DNA of 64,000 nucleotides from Chlorokybus atmophyticus. Lineage: Eukaryota > Plantae > Mesostigma and Chlorokybus algae. Positions 19,748 through 33,600 of this stretch are shown here, piece by piece; position 1 is the first letter of the stretch, and each line of letters begins with the position of its first letter. The position numbers and the translations under genes were made by a program. The stretch covers positions 382,203 to 446,202 of the forward strand of contig RHPI01000260.1 in NCBI GenBank assembly GCA_009103225.1. The letters are read 5' to 3'. The notes beneath the pieces are model-generated. The model saw nothing but the letters and a program-made list of their open reading frames with translations, was not told the DNA's origin and did no database searches.

Positions 19748-22700
19748 TATAGATGACTAGCATGCAGGAGACCCAATCAACTGCAATTGCAAGCAAACCA
19801 TAAACCAAGCCAGCGAGTAGACTCAAAGTCCACTAGAACAACACTGCACCACAGTGTTTATTGTACCCCCAAACGGCTCCACACATGCTAGCAATGACAC
19901 ACAATGATTACCAGTAAAAGACTTAGTGATGTCCGATGCCCGCCAATACTGAGGCCATGTACCCGTAAAAACATGTGCAAACCTTGTGCCCGCACTTGAA
20001 ACCTCCTCGCCAAACCTCCTACCTTCCTGCGTTCAGTTGCAAGACCTTAAGTCTAAGCCCTCGGATAAATAATTTGCTGTTTTATGACCCTTTCAGCAAC
20101 CGGGTTTCGTTAACGGTATTGTCAAGACCGCAACAATGGGCATTTTTGCAATGAAAGTGGGAATATCAATCAAGTCATTGATGGAATCAGTATGGATTCA
20201 ATCGCAATGGTAGTCATTTTCGTACCGCCTCAAACCTAGCCGACTGGTCGCAGACACCCTGTCTGCGAACAAGTTCATCGATAAGCCCTATGCTGCCCGG
20301 TTTAACTCAACAGGTTAATAGGCCTTCAACACTTGAAAGCGGTCTCCCGCGAATTTCGAGGAAGCAACCCTAACCCTTGAGTTGCGGGCAGATTTTGTCT
20401 TGTTGTTCTGGGCGGTTTTCGTGTGGGCGGCTATGGTGTAGGTAGTTTTGATCTGTGGGAGGGTGTGTGGTGTGCAGTTGTGGTCTGCTGAGTTGGGCTC
20501 TGGTCTAGGCGGCTGCGGTTTGGTCTTTGTGTGTTGGGAGAAGATGGCGAAGGAGAAGGTCAACTACCGCTGGGAGATGCTGGCGCTGCCAACCAGGCGC
20601 TTGGCCGACTAGGCTATGGTAGCAAAAATCGCTACCATGAGAGATTGTGTATTGCTTATTAATGCTTCACAAGCCCTTCTTAGCCTATTCCACATTAACC
20701 GGCATTACACCTCCCCTTTTTAATGTCATCAGACTTTAAGAAACTCCCCTCCAGCTCAAGCTTTTCGCTAAGCAACAGCGCCACGAAGTTCATGACATAA
20801 GCGTCTGTCTTGCTTCATCTTGCCTATGCATCAAAACTCATGCATAAAATTTCATGCATCTGCATCTTACATATGCATCATACCTCCTAATCGCCTCTTA
20901 CATCTGCATTCGACCAACACAACTGAGGATGCATCGCGTTCTCCCCGGTGACCATGTGTATGGTGACGACGAGGCCAGTGACGATTGCAATGTAGCTGTA
21001 GCGGTTGACGGAGAGCCCGATACCAACACCCAGCACGAGGACGATCTCAAAGCGCAGCATGAGGACGATCCTGAGTTTTAGCATGAGGCCGATACTTAGT
21101 CTGATTCCCAGCCCCAGCCCCAGGCCCACTCCAAGCCCACACTCCCATACCTACCTCCCCCTCCACAGTACAGGCCTGGTCTTGTGTATGCCTACGATGA
21201 TGAGTGCTAGAAATACGTCTCAGCCATCAGCCCGAGGCTTGGCGGTGCCTACTACATCTACAACGTCTCCATGGGGGTCACGAGACCGTGTCAAGGACAA
21301 GTACCTGCGGCTTCTGCGCCTTCCAACCAGCATCCTCCGCCTCCTGCGCGTCCAGCTCATGCACTTGAAGTTTGTGCACCCGCAGCTCCAAAGGCGCCTG
21401 TCGAGGCTATCGATCCGGCCCACAGCGCATCGGAGCGAGGAGCTCGACGTACGCCAGATACCAACAGCCCAGTGCAAAAGGCGAGACTCTGTCTCCTACT
21501 GTTCCGAAGCGGGCAAGGCGCAAGCTGCAGCAACGCCCAAGAAAGCTCAACCTCAGCCCAGCACCGCAACGTTGCCAATGTTACCAACAGACTCTGGCTC
21601 TCGCCCTCCATAGGGGACGCCCAAGGTAACTGTTTGCGGTTTTACAATGGTTTTAGATCTGTAGATTGTAGACTTACTATCTGCTTGCGTAGGCACTTGT
21701 ATAGAAACCAATCTCTCTTACGATAGACAAATCATCAGCGGTCGCCACTCCAAGTGCATTGCAACTCCCTCCCGCAGCAAAAGTCCTCTTCGAGATTGCA
21801 GCTCCTAGCCAACCACCTGTTAAAACTGGTCGATCAGCGCAAGATGGCACGAAATCAGGACCCCCGGAGCCCCCTAAACAGCATTTGCCAAGCAAGCAAT
21901 AAGTGCGTTGTTGTTCTTACTGTTGTTGTTGTTGTTAACGTAGGTATCGTATCCACATAATGTTCTTAGTGATAGGCAACTAAAAAGTGCAAGGCCTTTA
22001 ACCCTGTGGAATTCAAGAAGCGTGTTGATAGCGATGCTGCTATCGCTGAAGCACTTGACATGGTATGTACCAGATCATACATATAGTACAGCCACATCAG
22101 CCAGTCTAGCACTCGGATACACGTCTGTCAATATGTCCAGGCTGCCAAACGGTTACATCACATATTTAAAAGCATATTCTCTATGGGAAAAATAGTCAGT
22201 AGAGCGTCTACGTGAAGCTGTTCATATTGAAAAAGCACATGCTGATTATATGCGCGGCATTCATAAAGCGCAAGCAAAAGGCTCTCGGGAACGAGAGACT
22301 TAAGATAGTGGTGAAATTGTAGATGTTTCATGCATGCTTTGTAATGCGGTGCTCCTGGACCACCAGGTCAGTCTTGTCCAATCTAGCCTAAAACTTCTGG
22401 CTTTCTTGCTAGTCTGTCATGCAAATGACAATGAGTACTCACTTACATGAAGTTTAAGTGCTAAGTTTAAGTGCTACAACAAGCCCAACGAGCGGAGCTC
22501 CCAAGTCTACAAATATAGAGGCTGCAGCAAACACAAAGAGCGGAGCTTCGAAGCCCGAAGCTCCCACACCACCACAAGCATGAGACCACAAGCCCTCAAA
22601 CCTCTGCTGCCAATTATCCCTACGCCAACCTTAGCTACGTGCATATCATAGCTGCCGTCTTGCAAATTAATCAGCGCCTCTCCGATATCAACCGTCGAAA

Positions 22701-23189
22701 GACAAAGGCGATCAGTGTAGCTGATCATGCTCGTGAAGCTGCGCGCAAGGCTAATGAGCAGACAGAGCGTGTGTCTAAGACTCAAGTAGAAGACTAAGGA
22801 TGACAACTCCAGCGGAGTGAGATCATACTTATAATAGAGTTAGTAGAGGTTCCTCCAAGTGATTGTGTTGTGTACCCAACCGCCATCCCTGTATACACTC
22901 TTCAAATTGTTCCAGGTGCGTCAGCCTCACAAGGTTTTGGAAGTTCGTCAGCCGCACAAGTTGCTGCTCTTCCACCCCTTCTCAGGCCCTCCCGCTTTGC
23001 AGCTACCGCAAGATCTAGAGTTGCCGCAAGGTCAAGATTCTAAGGACTGCATCTGTCTGAGTGGGGATCCTCTGTAGAGGCAACAGGAGCAGCAGCAGCA
23101 GTACCCTTGCGTCGTCCCCACGAAGACCCTCCATCACCCTTAACCCAGCATGGCTAGATTCTGTGTAGGACTGTAGATTGGTAGGATAA

Positions 23190-26100
23190 CTTTAAAATTG
23201 TGAAAGCCAACACTGTGAAAGCCAACCTTTCTGCCTTAGTGTTTGTAGTCCCATAGTAAAGCTTCGTGCCTTGGTTGTTGCAACCTGAGGAATCCGTTGC
23301 CTGCGATCGCGTCCGTTGTAATGTTCAATCAATTTCACAAGTACATATGGTACTTGTAAAACTTCATAATGCATGGAGATTGCCATGCAGTCTCATGCCA
23401 AGTCGTCTTGTCGATACAGACGCATGGCATTGAACGCGCTATAACCTTGCTGCTTGCGGCCTCTCTTCGATAGTTCTGGTTGATAACCCACCGTCCACCT
23501 TGCTCTTGCTTCATGTAGTCTGTGATAGCCTCTTTGCTAACTTCCCGTACCACAGCAAACCCAGGGCCGGGATCAGCTGGATCTTCAGAGTATTCCTCGC
23601 TGCTCTCCCTAAACGTAGAGTCTACTACCACCTTGCGTCGCTTTGCTTTGCGCTGAAAGCGCTGGCTGACACGCTTGCGTGTGCTACTTTAAATCGGGTT
23701 GCAGTAGTCCTCCACAGCCTCAGTGGGCAACTTAATTCCCACACGCAGTTTGCTTCATTTCTGATTTAAAATACGTCTCCAGGTTCAGGCCAGATGGGTA
23801 CATCAACAACAATAGCCCTCACACACAAGTCTGGGTTCCTATAGTCATAAGCCAGCTGGTGATCTGGAGTCGACTCCGTTAAAGTTAAGGTCTCACAACG
23901 TTTTAAGAGGTAAATAAATTTCCGTAACAATTGGCGTGCTGGCATGCAAATCACCTGACTTTTTACTAATTGCACAAGTGCAGCTCTAGTATCCCCGTCT
24001 TGGAAGAAAGCACCAGCAGCGTTCCTATACATGTGGTAAGGGGTTGCTGCAATGAAAACCCTTGGAACTTTGTAAATGTGGACAAAAACTTCGTTGACAG
24101 CAATGAAAAGGTTGTCATCTGTCTACACCGGTGAGAGAATGAGTCTCGGGGGGGGGGGGGGGGGGGNNNNNNNNNNNNNNNNNNNNNNNNNNNNNNNNNN
24201 NNNNNNNNNNNNNNNNNNNNNNNNNNNNNNNNNNNNNNNNNNNNNNNNNNNNNNNNNNNNGGGGGGGGGGGGGGGGGTCTTACAAATTGCACATTGCAAT
24301 GGCAAATGTTTGGTTTCACAACCAAGCCCCGATAATTGGACCAAGTCCATAACCAGAAGGAGACTGAGACTTAGAGCAAGCCAGAATTAAAGGCCCGGGC
24401 ACATTTGAAGCAGCTTAAACAGAGGAACAAGACCAGAACCAAGACTCAGACCAAGACCCATAACCAAGACCTAGATCAAGAAACCAATTACGACCTAAAC
24501 CCGGACCCACAGACAAACACAGACCCATAATAAGACCAAGATCAAAACTTGATATTACTATTACCTGTAGATCTCGCCTCCTTGCAAGATAGCCTTGTAA
24601 TTGTGTGTCAAATTCCGCGCTGGCAGTCTATCGTCAACACGCAGCAAGTTCCGGACCAACGCAAAGCATGCATGGTTTAACAGACCCATTCTCCCATTTT
24701 TGGTACCTATGAGAATGCCACTGTGGTGGATGCCGACATACTCTGGCAGCTGAGGGTAGGTCTCAGCCAGCTTCGAGAGGTGCTTGGCCTTTTTTAATTT
24801 GGTGCTACGTACCAAGAACCCGCTCCACCGCACGAAGTGCGATGCTCGCGTAGCTGTACTTGGCAGCGTCGAGCCTAGACCATACCAGTGCGCTGGTATT
24901 CATAAAGTACAGCCATGAGGCTTTCGAACCAAAGAGGCACCCACCGATGAATGTAGGTGAACTCATAGTCTTTGTTGTTGATTGATGTTTGTAGGTGTCT
25001 GGAGACTGAACCCAAAAAAACGTAACCTAGTAGCTCCCGTGGCGGCGAATGTCGTTAAGCATATAACGAACTTTAGCCACGTGCTCCAGGGGCTTGCTGT
25101 TGATACTAAAACAATCCTCGGCATTGAGGCGCCAGTATTTGAGCAGGAAGTTTGCCAGGCATAGACTGTGTTGAGTCCAACCGTATACTATACGGTTGGA
25201 CATGCTAGTAGCCTGCAGTTTTTGTGAAAAGCTGCATAATCTTGTGCAGCGCCATGCACACACCGCGACGCTCTTTGCCCACAAGGTCTGTGAGCACGTA
25301 GGGTGCGCAGTCTTGCACGAAATTTTGGTAGTCCTCTGCCTTCTAAAACCAAGTTTATTAGTGACGCCGCTCAGAACACGCCCAGATGGCATCTCCATGG
25401 GTCTTGCCATCATGAATCTTTTCAAGGAACTGCCTCAACAAGCTCCAGCAGAGCAACACATTTTTCTCCTCCCTTATATGGAATTGCTGCGAGAAGACCC
25501 TTTGCAAGGCCTTCACATAGTGTGTGCATTTGATCCTGTATGATTAGAATCACACCCGTACAGGTCATACAACCGCAAGAGCTTGCTCCAACCGGTGACC
25601 CCAAGAATCTGGGCTAGGTCTTTTGCTTTTGCTTTTGGTGCAGACTCCAACTCCTCAATGTTATTTAACGTTTGTTGTTTGTTGTTGTTCTGCAGTACGC
25701 TCGGGAAAAGGATGTTTAAAAAGCTTTCGGTTGCTGCCGCATTTTAACCGTGTAATAGTAGTCTTTATGGGTTTTGCAGATTGGCGGGGTTTGCTAGCCT
25801 TATTCTTGGTTCTAAACTTGGGAGATTTTGTTGTTGTTTTGTTTAAGGGGGAGTCTCGTAAGGTGCTCTGCACCTTTAATTTCAGGCACCTTGAGTTTTA
25901 GAGCTACTTGATGTGACTCACCAACCAACAAGCACCGCCGACATGCACATTTGCTACCATCCTTCATCTTCAATACTTGGCACTGGGCAATATGATCCCC
26001 AGTCCACAATAGCAGCATAGCACGCAACCTTGTTGTGCTTCTGCAGTATGCATTGGAGTCAGATTTTGAGACACATTAAACTGTCAGCACATTTGAACAA

Positions 26101-27200
26101 TCAAGATGACAGGTGCACCTGCCGCTTGCTGATGCAGGTTGTCCGCAACATCGAAAGTAGGCAGCCCGTACTCAATGTCGAAACCTTTGATGTAAAGGGA
26201 CTCCAACTCATGTCACGAGGGGCTCCAAAAACGGGTCCATGTTGTCAATGTCATTGAAAGTCTAGTCTTTGGGTACGGAACCCACTAGCAGCAGCGAGGA
26301 AGTTTGCGCGCTTAAGATTTCCGCACCATTTAAGACTGCACATTAATCAAGAGGGTGCCCCTTTTGGTGGTCATGGCAGTGCTAAAACTTTCCCATTGGC
26401 TATAAAAGCAAGATTCCTCGGGTCTCCAGAGGCTTTTTGCCTTAAGGTTGTTGTCACTTGCTGGCAATTGTGGTTGCGGCACTTGAAAACCCATGCTGGT
26501 CCGGAGTCTGTTGCAGCAAAGTGATGGTTGAACGATGGATTGTTCAACAAAACTCACATCTGACAAGAAGTTAAAAGACCTGTCCGGGTTCCCGAGTATG
26601 AAAATTTTCTCTAGGGAAAGCTATCATAGGCCTTACGCTGTGCTGAAGGAGGTACTGCAGGGTCTTTATCAAGCCACCTATTACACTCGCGCCACAATTG
26701 ATGCTAGTCATAGCAATTCGTAGGGCAACAAAACATCAACTGCAGCCTTTCCTTGAGAGGGAGGTAGTAGTAACTCACGCAATCTTTGCGCACGTTGCCA
26801 CACGCACACTGCTCTTGCTGCATTGTCTTGCGCATCTGCTCGCGCCGTTGCCAAGTAAAAGACTCTTCATTATCGTTATCACTAGACCTTAGGTATGGCT
26901 TGCTAAAGAGGTAGGAGCAATCCTTGCAACCGGAGTAGTGAAAAGGCGTTGGCATACCCATCCGATTGAACAAGCTGGTGGCGGTTTTGCAACCTTCCAC
27001 TGTTTGATCAAAGGCTTTATTCCGGGCCATGCTGAGGAGGGAGTCCTCACTTTTCAATAATAATAAGGAGGCTAGAAGCTTGTTGATGCTGTCTGTTGTG
27101 AACTCGCCCTCGTCAGCAATTGTTATGATGTCAAGGAACTTGTTCATTAAGACTTTTGCAGTGCCTCGTGCGCAGGGAGTGGATCACATTCTGCAGGAGC
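23190..27200 (-). pseudogene. CACTA/En-Spm (Transposase_21-like) transposase remnant; element termini not located
   Basis: CACGNVR...YYYLPLKERLQLMF (about 26720-26800). MDPFLEPLV..LESLYIKGFD (about 26180-26230). RAMLLLWTGDHIAQ...CACRRC (about 25940-26020). DQMHTLCEG (about 25520). Multiple stops and frameshifts. Confidence 0.82.
24167..24260. other. Assembly gap flanked by poly-G
   Basis: N run with G tracts at 24148-24166 and 24261-24277. Confidence 0.99.
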
Positions 27201-28739
27201 TTTAGCAGGTAAAACGACCATTTGACTGGCCTGAAAGTGCTGCAGCGCACGATGTTTGCGCAAGTGCGCGTTGATGACTACATCATCTTGCAGCACATGT
27301 GACAAACAAAAGTTAACAAGGTCCTTGCACATGCATGCCAGCAGAACTAACAAATGTGCAAGGCTTGGCAGAGTACCTCGTTATTGCACTTGTATCAGGA
27401 ACAAGGTTTCCAAGTTGCAGACAACTGCGGGGACTCATTGAGCTATACAGGTGGTTCTAGAGGATCTAGAGGTGCTGACGGGTCCATGAGCAAGCCCATT
27501 GAGAGAACTGGTTGTTGGTCTTGGCAGTGTGCAGCACCTGAAAAATCTTCTAGGAATCTTGATGGACCTTCAGCGTGGTGTCAATGGTAAGCAGTGGGTT
27601 TTCCAACAGATCTTGACTTTGGATCCAAATTCGAGATTCTGCCGGTGAATTTGATGATGCTCTGATATAGTAACAACTCACGTACCGTTGGCATAAATAG
27701 CGGGGCTTCCTGTGTGTCTTGGTGGGGATGTGGCCGCGGCTGATCGTCTATGATGTTTGGCATGGGTTGTAGTAACGGCTGCTCGCTTTGCAACTGATGG
27801 CTTTAACTTGCACACAGGCTTTGCTGCTGGCTATCAAATTGCGACTGAAGTGCAGACTGTCTTTGCAGCTTGAGTTGTAGCTTGAACTTTGCTTGCGTGC
27901 GTCTTGGTGCTTTATGGACCGGTACGTTGAGCTTGGCAACCGCGTCGTGAAATGCCTTGCGGTGGGCTATAGCGTCCAGCTGTGCAATACGGCTAGTCAT
28001 AGATCTAGGTAAAACACGTAATAAAACTTCATGTCAGCATTAAAACTTTCGACAAGCCTTCAAGGCAGTCGAAAGAACTAGATGGCTGAAACCCGCTAGG
28101 TAACCAAAATCAAAAATTGATGGGCGGAGACTTACAGAGGCAAGACAATGCATGGCTGAAAGAAACAAGGCTGTAGAGACTTGATCACAGCTGTAAAACC
28201 AGATTAAAACAGAGGCGAGGCACGAGTTTCAAGAAAAGTACTTATCAAGCTGGAGCAAGGTTCTTGTAGAGGTTTTCGTCTAGCAAATCGTCTAGCAAGC
28301 TCCCCAAACCACCGCAATAGGGATCACACCGGCTTAAACCCTAGACAGCAACTGTCTAGCTTGAGCACACGTCGACAGTAGTGGCCATGCCAGCCGTTTG
28401 CAAGTTGGTCTAGCCCAGACCGCATGGTCTGCAAGCTTGAAAATACCAATACTTGGTCTGCAACCCCTGAGCTTGAAATTGCGGTGGGTGAACATTTTTG
28501 AAGGATGTTTCACAGCTTAAACAATGTTTCTCCAGCTTCAGTACCGTCCAACACCATGGGTTTAAGGTCTTGCAAGCTTCCGCCATGGGTTTTGCATCAC
28601 AAATTGAGCCGCATGCATGATAGTCTGACCTGGGTCCTAGGTGCCTAAACTCCAGACCCAACAAACCCTGGTCGTTGTAATGCTTCTCAAGTTTGTAAGT
28701 CAGTATAATAAATAATGGCATGGATGGTAAAGTGACATT

Positions 28740-29290
28740 GCTGGTACGGGTTTTAATTTATGTCTTGAGAAACGGCAATGAGGTTTTGCCAGTATGGGCA
28801 CACATGCAGCTTGTGCCATCGCTGGCAAACATGGGTTAAAACTATGACAGTTTTGACATTGGTTATTTCAATACTAGTCAGCATGCCCTAAGACCAGCAT
28901 TGGAGCTGCAAGTGCTTAAGCAAGTGCTCGTTCTTGTGGGTCTTCGAGGTTTGCTAGAAGGTTCTGACAGTATGGGCATGTATGTAGCTTGTGCCCTTGT
29001 TGAAAGATGCGGTTTGCAACTATTGCTGGCCTTAGACCTAGTTTAACAATGCTGGCATGGATGATTTAACACCAGCGCTCAAGTTGCAAGTGCTTAAGCC
29101 AGTGCTGGTTTTGTTTGTGTCTTGAAGGCGTACTAGCAAGTCTTGCCATCATGGGCACGCATTTAGCATGTGCCACTGCTAGCATACATAATTTGCAACC
29201 AATGGTGGTAGTGGACTCGGCTTCGCACAGCCGGCACAAATAGTTTAAGACAAGCACCAGTGTACAAAAGGCTTAAACCAGTGCTGAATT
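28740..29290. repeat. Degenerate tandem repeat, about 3 x 180 bp
   Basis: ATGGGCA...AGC(T/A)TGTGCC recurs at about 28794, 28972 and 29151. TGCAAGTGCTTAAGC.AGTGCT recurs at about 28907 and 29085. Confidence 0.7.
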
Positions 29291-30674
29291 GAAATGCTGT
29301 ATCATTATTCTTGTTCACATACCATATATAATGTGCAATATTAACAAATGATGTAAAACATCGAGTTTTCAATATCGTGCTCACACGGGTTGACGTGAAG
29401 TTTACCCTAAAGATTACATCTTTTATTTGTCTATGCGTATGTAAGTGGCACTCATGCATAGCGTATGTTGCGAAAGCAGCAGGTTTGCAAGTGGGCATCA
29501 TCCTCCAAATGAGCTGGGCAGACCTTCAGCCATGCATCCGCATTGGCCTGTGACTCTCAGCAGCTACAAAGGCAGTGACGGCGCTAGACAAAGGGGGAGA
29601 CGAGTCATACCTTGGAATATATGTAGCGTCATAAAGCGTATTTGAGTGGCACTCATATATACATAAACCCACATATATTCCTGCTAGAGAACTTGAGCAG
29701 TTGCGCACAAAAGCGCACAGCTTATATGATACCAAAACTAGTTATTGATGATGTCGACGCATATGCATATTGCATTTACATACATAATTATATCGCACTG
29801 CCAGTGCGGTTCAACACAATGCGTGTGCCCACTCCGAGTCAACACTACTTGCTCAAATCTAGTATTTTACATGCTAATACACGCGCGCAAGCTGGACAGT
29901 TTCAAGCAACTCATCTTATTGTTTATGATACAATACAATATACCTTCACATGATCATGGTCACATGAAAATAAACGACTGATCTGCAGTGTGATCTTATA
30001 ATCGGTAATTCGCAATATTCACATATGTTTCGTGCATCTGATAGCTTGCGGGCCCTGCGATAAAATTAATAAGCTATTACTCATGTAAATAATATCAGTT
30101 AACAAAACATTTGGTACAATGATTCATTCAATGGATATACAAATCCAAGATTCATCGAGGCCAGTGTTATTAATAGAACTTGAGTGCGAAGGGGAAAAAG
30201 CAGAGAGTGCTCTGTTGAGAATTATGCAACCACGTTAACAATAATGCTTGAATACGCAGAACACAAATGGAGTTATAACAAGCGTGTACTTGTAGCCGTT
30301 TGGGCTATTGTAGATTGCCGCTATGTTATAGTAACGTTTTTATCATAATAGCTCTTTAATAAACATCATGGGCTAGAGAGTATTACGTTAACGAAAGGCA
30401 CGGTAGATAGGTAGATTCTACACTAATCATGACAAGCAATACGAACTGGTAGCATCACTCAATTGCATCAGCATAATGCGCAGTAACAACTTGCCAACAC
30501 GACCAGCTCACACTCTGCAAACATGAAGGATAGGGCCCTACGCCTAGGGCTGCCCACCCCAGTGCCTTGCATCACGGGGCACGGGGTTGGTAGCTCAAAG
30601 CTGCCCCTGCGCTCAGACTACACTCTAGCAACCTTGGCATGCAAACCATGCACAACCGCACACAAACCTGCCGC

Positions 30675-33600
30675 ATGACCCCGCCGCCCGTAGAACCGCC
30701 GCCGCCGCCGCTGCGCGTGGACATTCGTGATGAGCAGCAACCAAAGAGAGGCAGGTAGTGTTACACAGCACTTCGGATAAAGATGAGGATCGGATAAGGA
30801 CCTAAGGATAAGGTTAAAAGCTCCGCTGTTGTTGAGTAGGTTGGCGGCGAGGCGGGCGGCCACAATCTACTTGGCGTCTCTGGCACCCTTGCACTACGAT
30901 GAAGTGCTTGCCGCGAGGGTCTTAAAGCATACAGCATACGGTAGTGGGTTGTCCGCTTCGTGCTCCAGCAGCAGGGCGCTGAGCCCTAGGCCGTGTACAT
31001 GAGCCAGCGGCAGGCTGTTTGTTCCTGGTTGTTGCCGGCAGGTGGCGGCGGCGGCGGCGGGAGGACGTGGCGCCCCAACCGGCACGCACGTGGATCCGAG
31101 CTGCAGCTTCAGCGGCATCCTGGGCGTAACACCCAATGCCGATGGGATTGACTTCGGCGGGAGCAATGATATTGATGTTTACGGCAACTACAACAGTCAG
31201 GCCTCTGTGCCAATTGCGCTCATGGGGCGTGCGCGGCAGGCTTGCCATGCATGGCTACCGCTGTACATGTGCCCCGAGCAGAACGAGGTGCTAATTCGCT
31301 GCCGTTGTTGGCACTGCCGTTGTTGCAAACGTGTTTAGCACAAGGCTGACGAGAGACCCTTGTTTGCAACAATGCGCAGATGGCAGACAACTGGCTGCAG
31401 AGCAGCCTCGGGTATCTGCTCCCGCTCGATACTCTCAGCTACAAAGTTGCACAGATGACCTATACAAGCAACTGCACACATGCCCCCCNNNNNNNNNNNN
31501 NNNNNNNNNNNNNNNNNNNNNNNNNNNNNNNNNNNNNNNNNNNNNNNNNNNNNNNNNNNNNNNNNNNNNNNNNNNNNNNNNNNNNNNNNNNNNNNNNNNN
31601 NNNNNNNNNNNNNNNNNNNNNNNNNNNNNNNNNNNNNNNNNNNNNNNNNNNNNNNNNNNNNNNNNNNNNNNNNNNCCCCCCCCCCCCCCCCCCTCCCTGC
31701 ACGGCCCACCAACCCACACAGCGTTGCCTTTACAACATGCTCAGACAGTGTGCCATCAGCTACACTCTTCGTTCAGCTATACTCATTTGTCGCTGTATTT
31801 CCTTCTTTATAGCTCTTGGGGCTATTCTCAATTTTAAAACAGATGCTCGCGCACCATCGACTTGCCATCAACGCCTCGCACGCGCAAGCTTTCGACGCAT
31901 GCGACTGCGGAGCAGGAGGTGGCAACGTTCTGCAAGGATGATGTCGCGGCCTGCTTGCAAGAGGGTCTGCTCAGGGCTCCGGTCTTGCGGTCTCCTGCGC
32001 CCGAGGACCGCACAGTGCAGGTTGTGCGCTGGTGTTTGCATGTGCATGGGTGCATGCATCCGAGCATGTCTTTGTGTGTGCGTGCGCGCGTGCGCCACTG
32101 TGTCTTCCAGAGTGTGGGCTCGGATATGTAGATGTAACGGTGTCATTCCATGAGTGAAGAACTCTCATGCATATCAACTTGCGTCTAGCAGTACCGAACA
32201 TCGGCACTGACTGAGTGTTGCAAAAGACAAGGATTTGCATATTCGCCTAGCCTGATTTGGACAGCCAAGGAACAAGCAATGCAACATTACGTCACTTATT
32301 TGCTGTCAACAACAGCAGCATGTTCAATGGTAACAGTGCAACAGCTCACATCTACGTGGTGGATAAAAGCGGTTCTATGCATGGCAATCCCTGGGAGCAG
32401 ATTCAGAGCGCCATTCGCTACATTACCGGCAAGTGAGTAGCGGTCACGACGATTTCAGGCCAAATTATCAAGCCATATGCATGCGTCAAAGGACTGTATG
32501 CCACAGTTGTGTCATGCATGTGTGCAAGCGCGCGCACATTTCTCGCACGTGCATGCCTCAACCAAGCCAAGTCTCTCAGTGGCATGCAATGCCTACCTGC
32601 GACTCAATTGTAACCCACAGCTAGTTTTCATGCATGAAACACCAGCACGGCAAAGGGGCAGCTCGTGCGCTTCGTGACGTACAGCATGCGCGCGGAGGAG
32701 CGCAGCCCCCAGAACGTGCGCACCATTTGCGCAACCGGGATGACAAACTTCACCGCGGCTTTTCAGGCCACCCAGAGCATCATCACCAAATACCGCACTG
32801 CCAACGATGTGGACAAGTTTGCCATCACGTTCATGACTGATGGCCTCGACACAAGCGGGCTGGACGTGCCCACGGCCACGCGCGTCCTTCATGAAGCATT
32901 GACAGATCCCACACTCAATGCCGAGACCATCGTGCACATCGGCTTCAGCAGCAACCACAACCTGAAGTTCCTTGAGAAGCTTCGCCGCATTGGCAACGCA
33001 GAGGGCTTCTACCGCTACGCCGACGCCAACTCCTCCTCCCTCGTAGACAAGTTTGGGGAGGTGTTTGACCTTGTTGCCGTGGGCGGCACTTTCCTCGTTG
33101 CGTACATGTTGGACAAGGATGGTACTGTTGGTGAGGCCAACAGTGTCACGTGGGTCGAAGCGCATGTGCAAGCGTCTCCTGGCCAGAAGGGCTGGCTTGA
33201 GGTAGAAAAGCTTCCTCCTTGTACGATGTGTTGGGTTGGGTCTCTCAATGCCATCATTTGCATGTTGGTTTATAAGGTGTTGCTGCCTGTGGGTGTGGTG
33301 CCCAGCTGCATCACTCTACGTGTACCCGCTGCTGCCGCCAACAACAAGAAGGACAGCAAGGCGGAGACCTATACAATCACTATGCCCGTGCACGTGTGCC
33401 AACCAGACGACTCCTTCCGCATATTGCATTGAGCACGAGGCTCAGCAGCCGTTATGCATGTGTGCTTATGCGTGCACGTGTGTTACACTTGCACATGCTG
33501 CGGGTGGCTTAATACTGAATCATGCATAGGATTTGGGTGATGCGGAGCTCGCGAGGCTGCAAGCAAGGCTGAAGTGATCAACGTTTTCAAGGCACCGAAA

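Noticed and set aside
18109-23190. Assorted short ORFs, possibly a CACTA second ORF or other TE remnants
   Set aside because: No diagnostic motifs; CACTA terminal inverted repeats could not be located.
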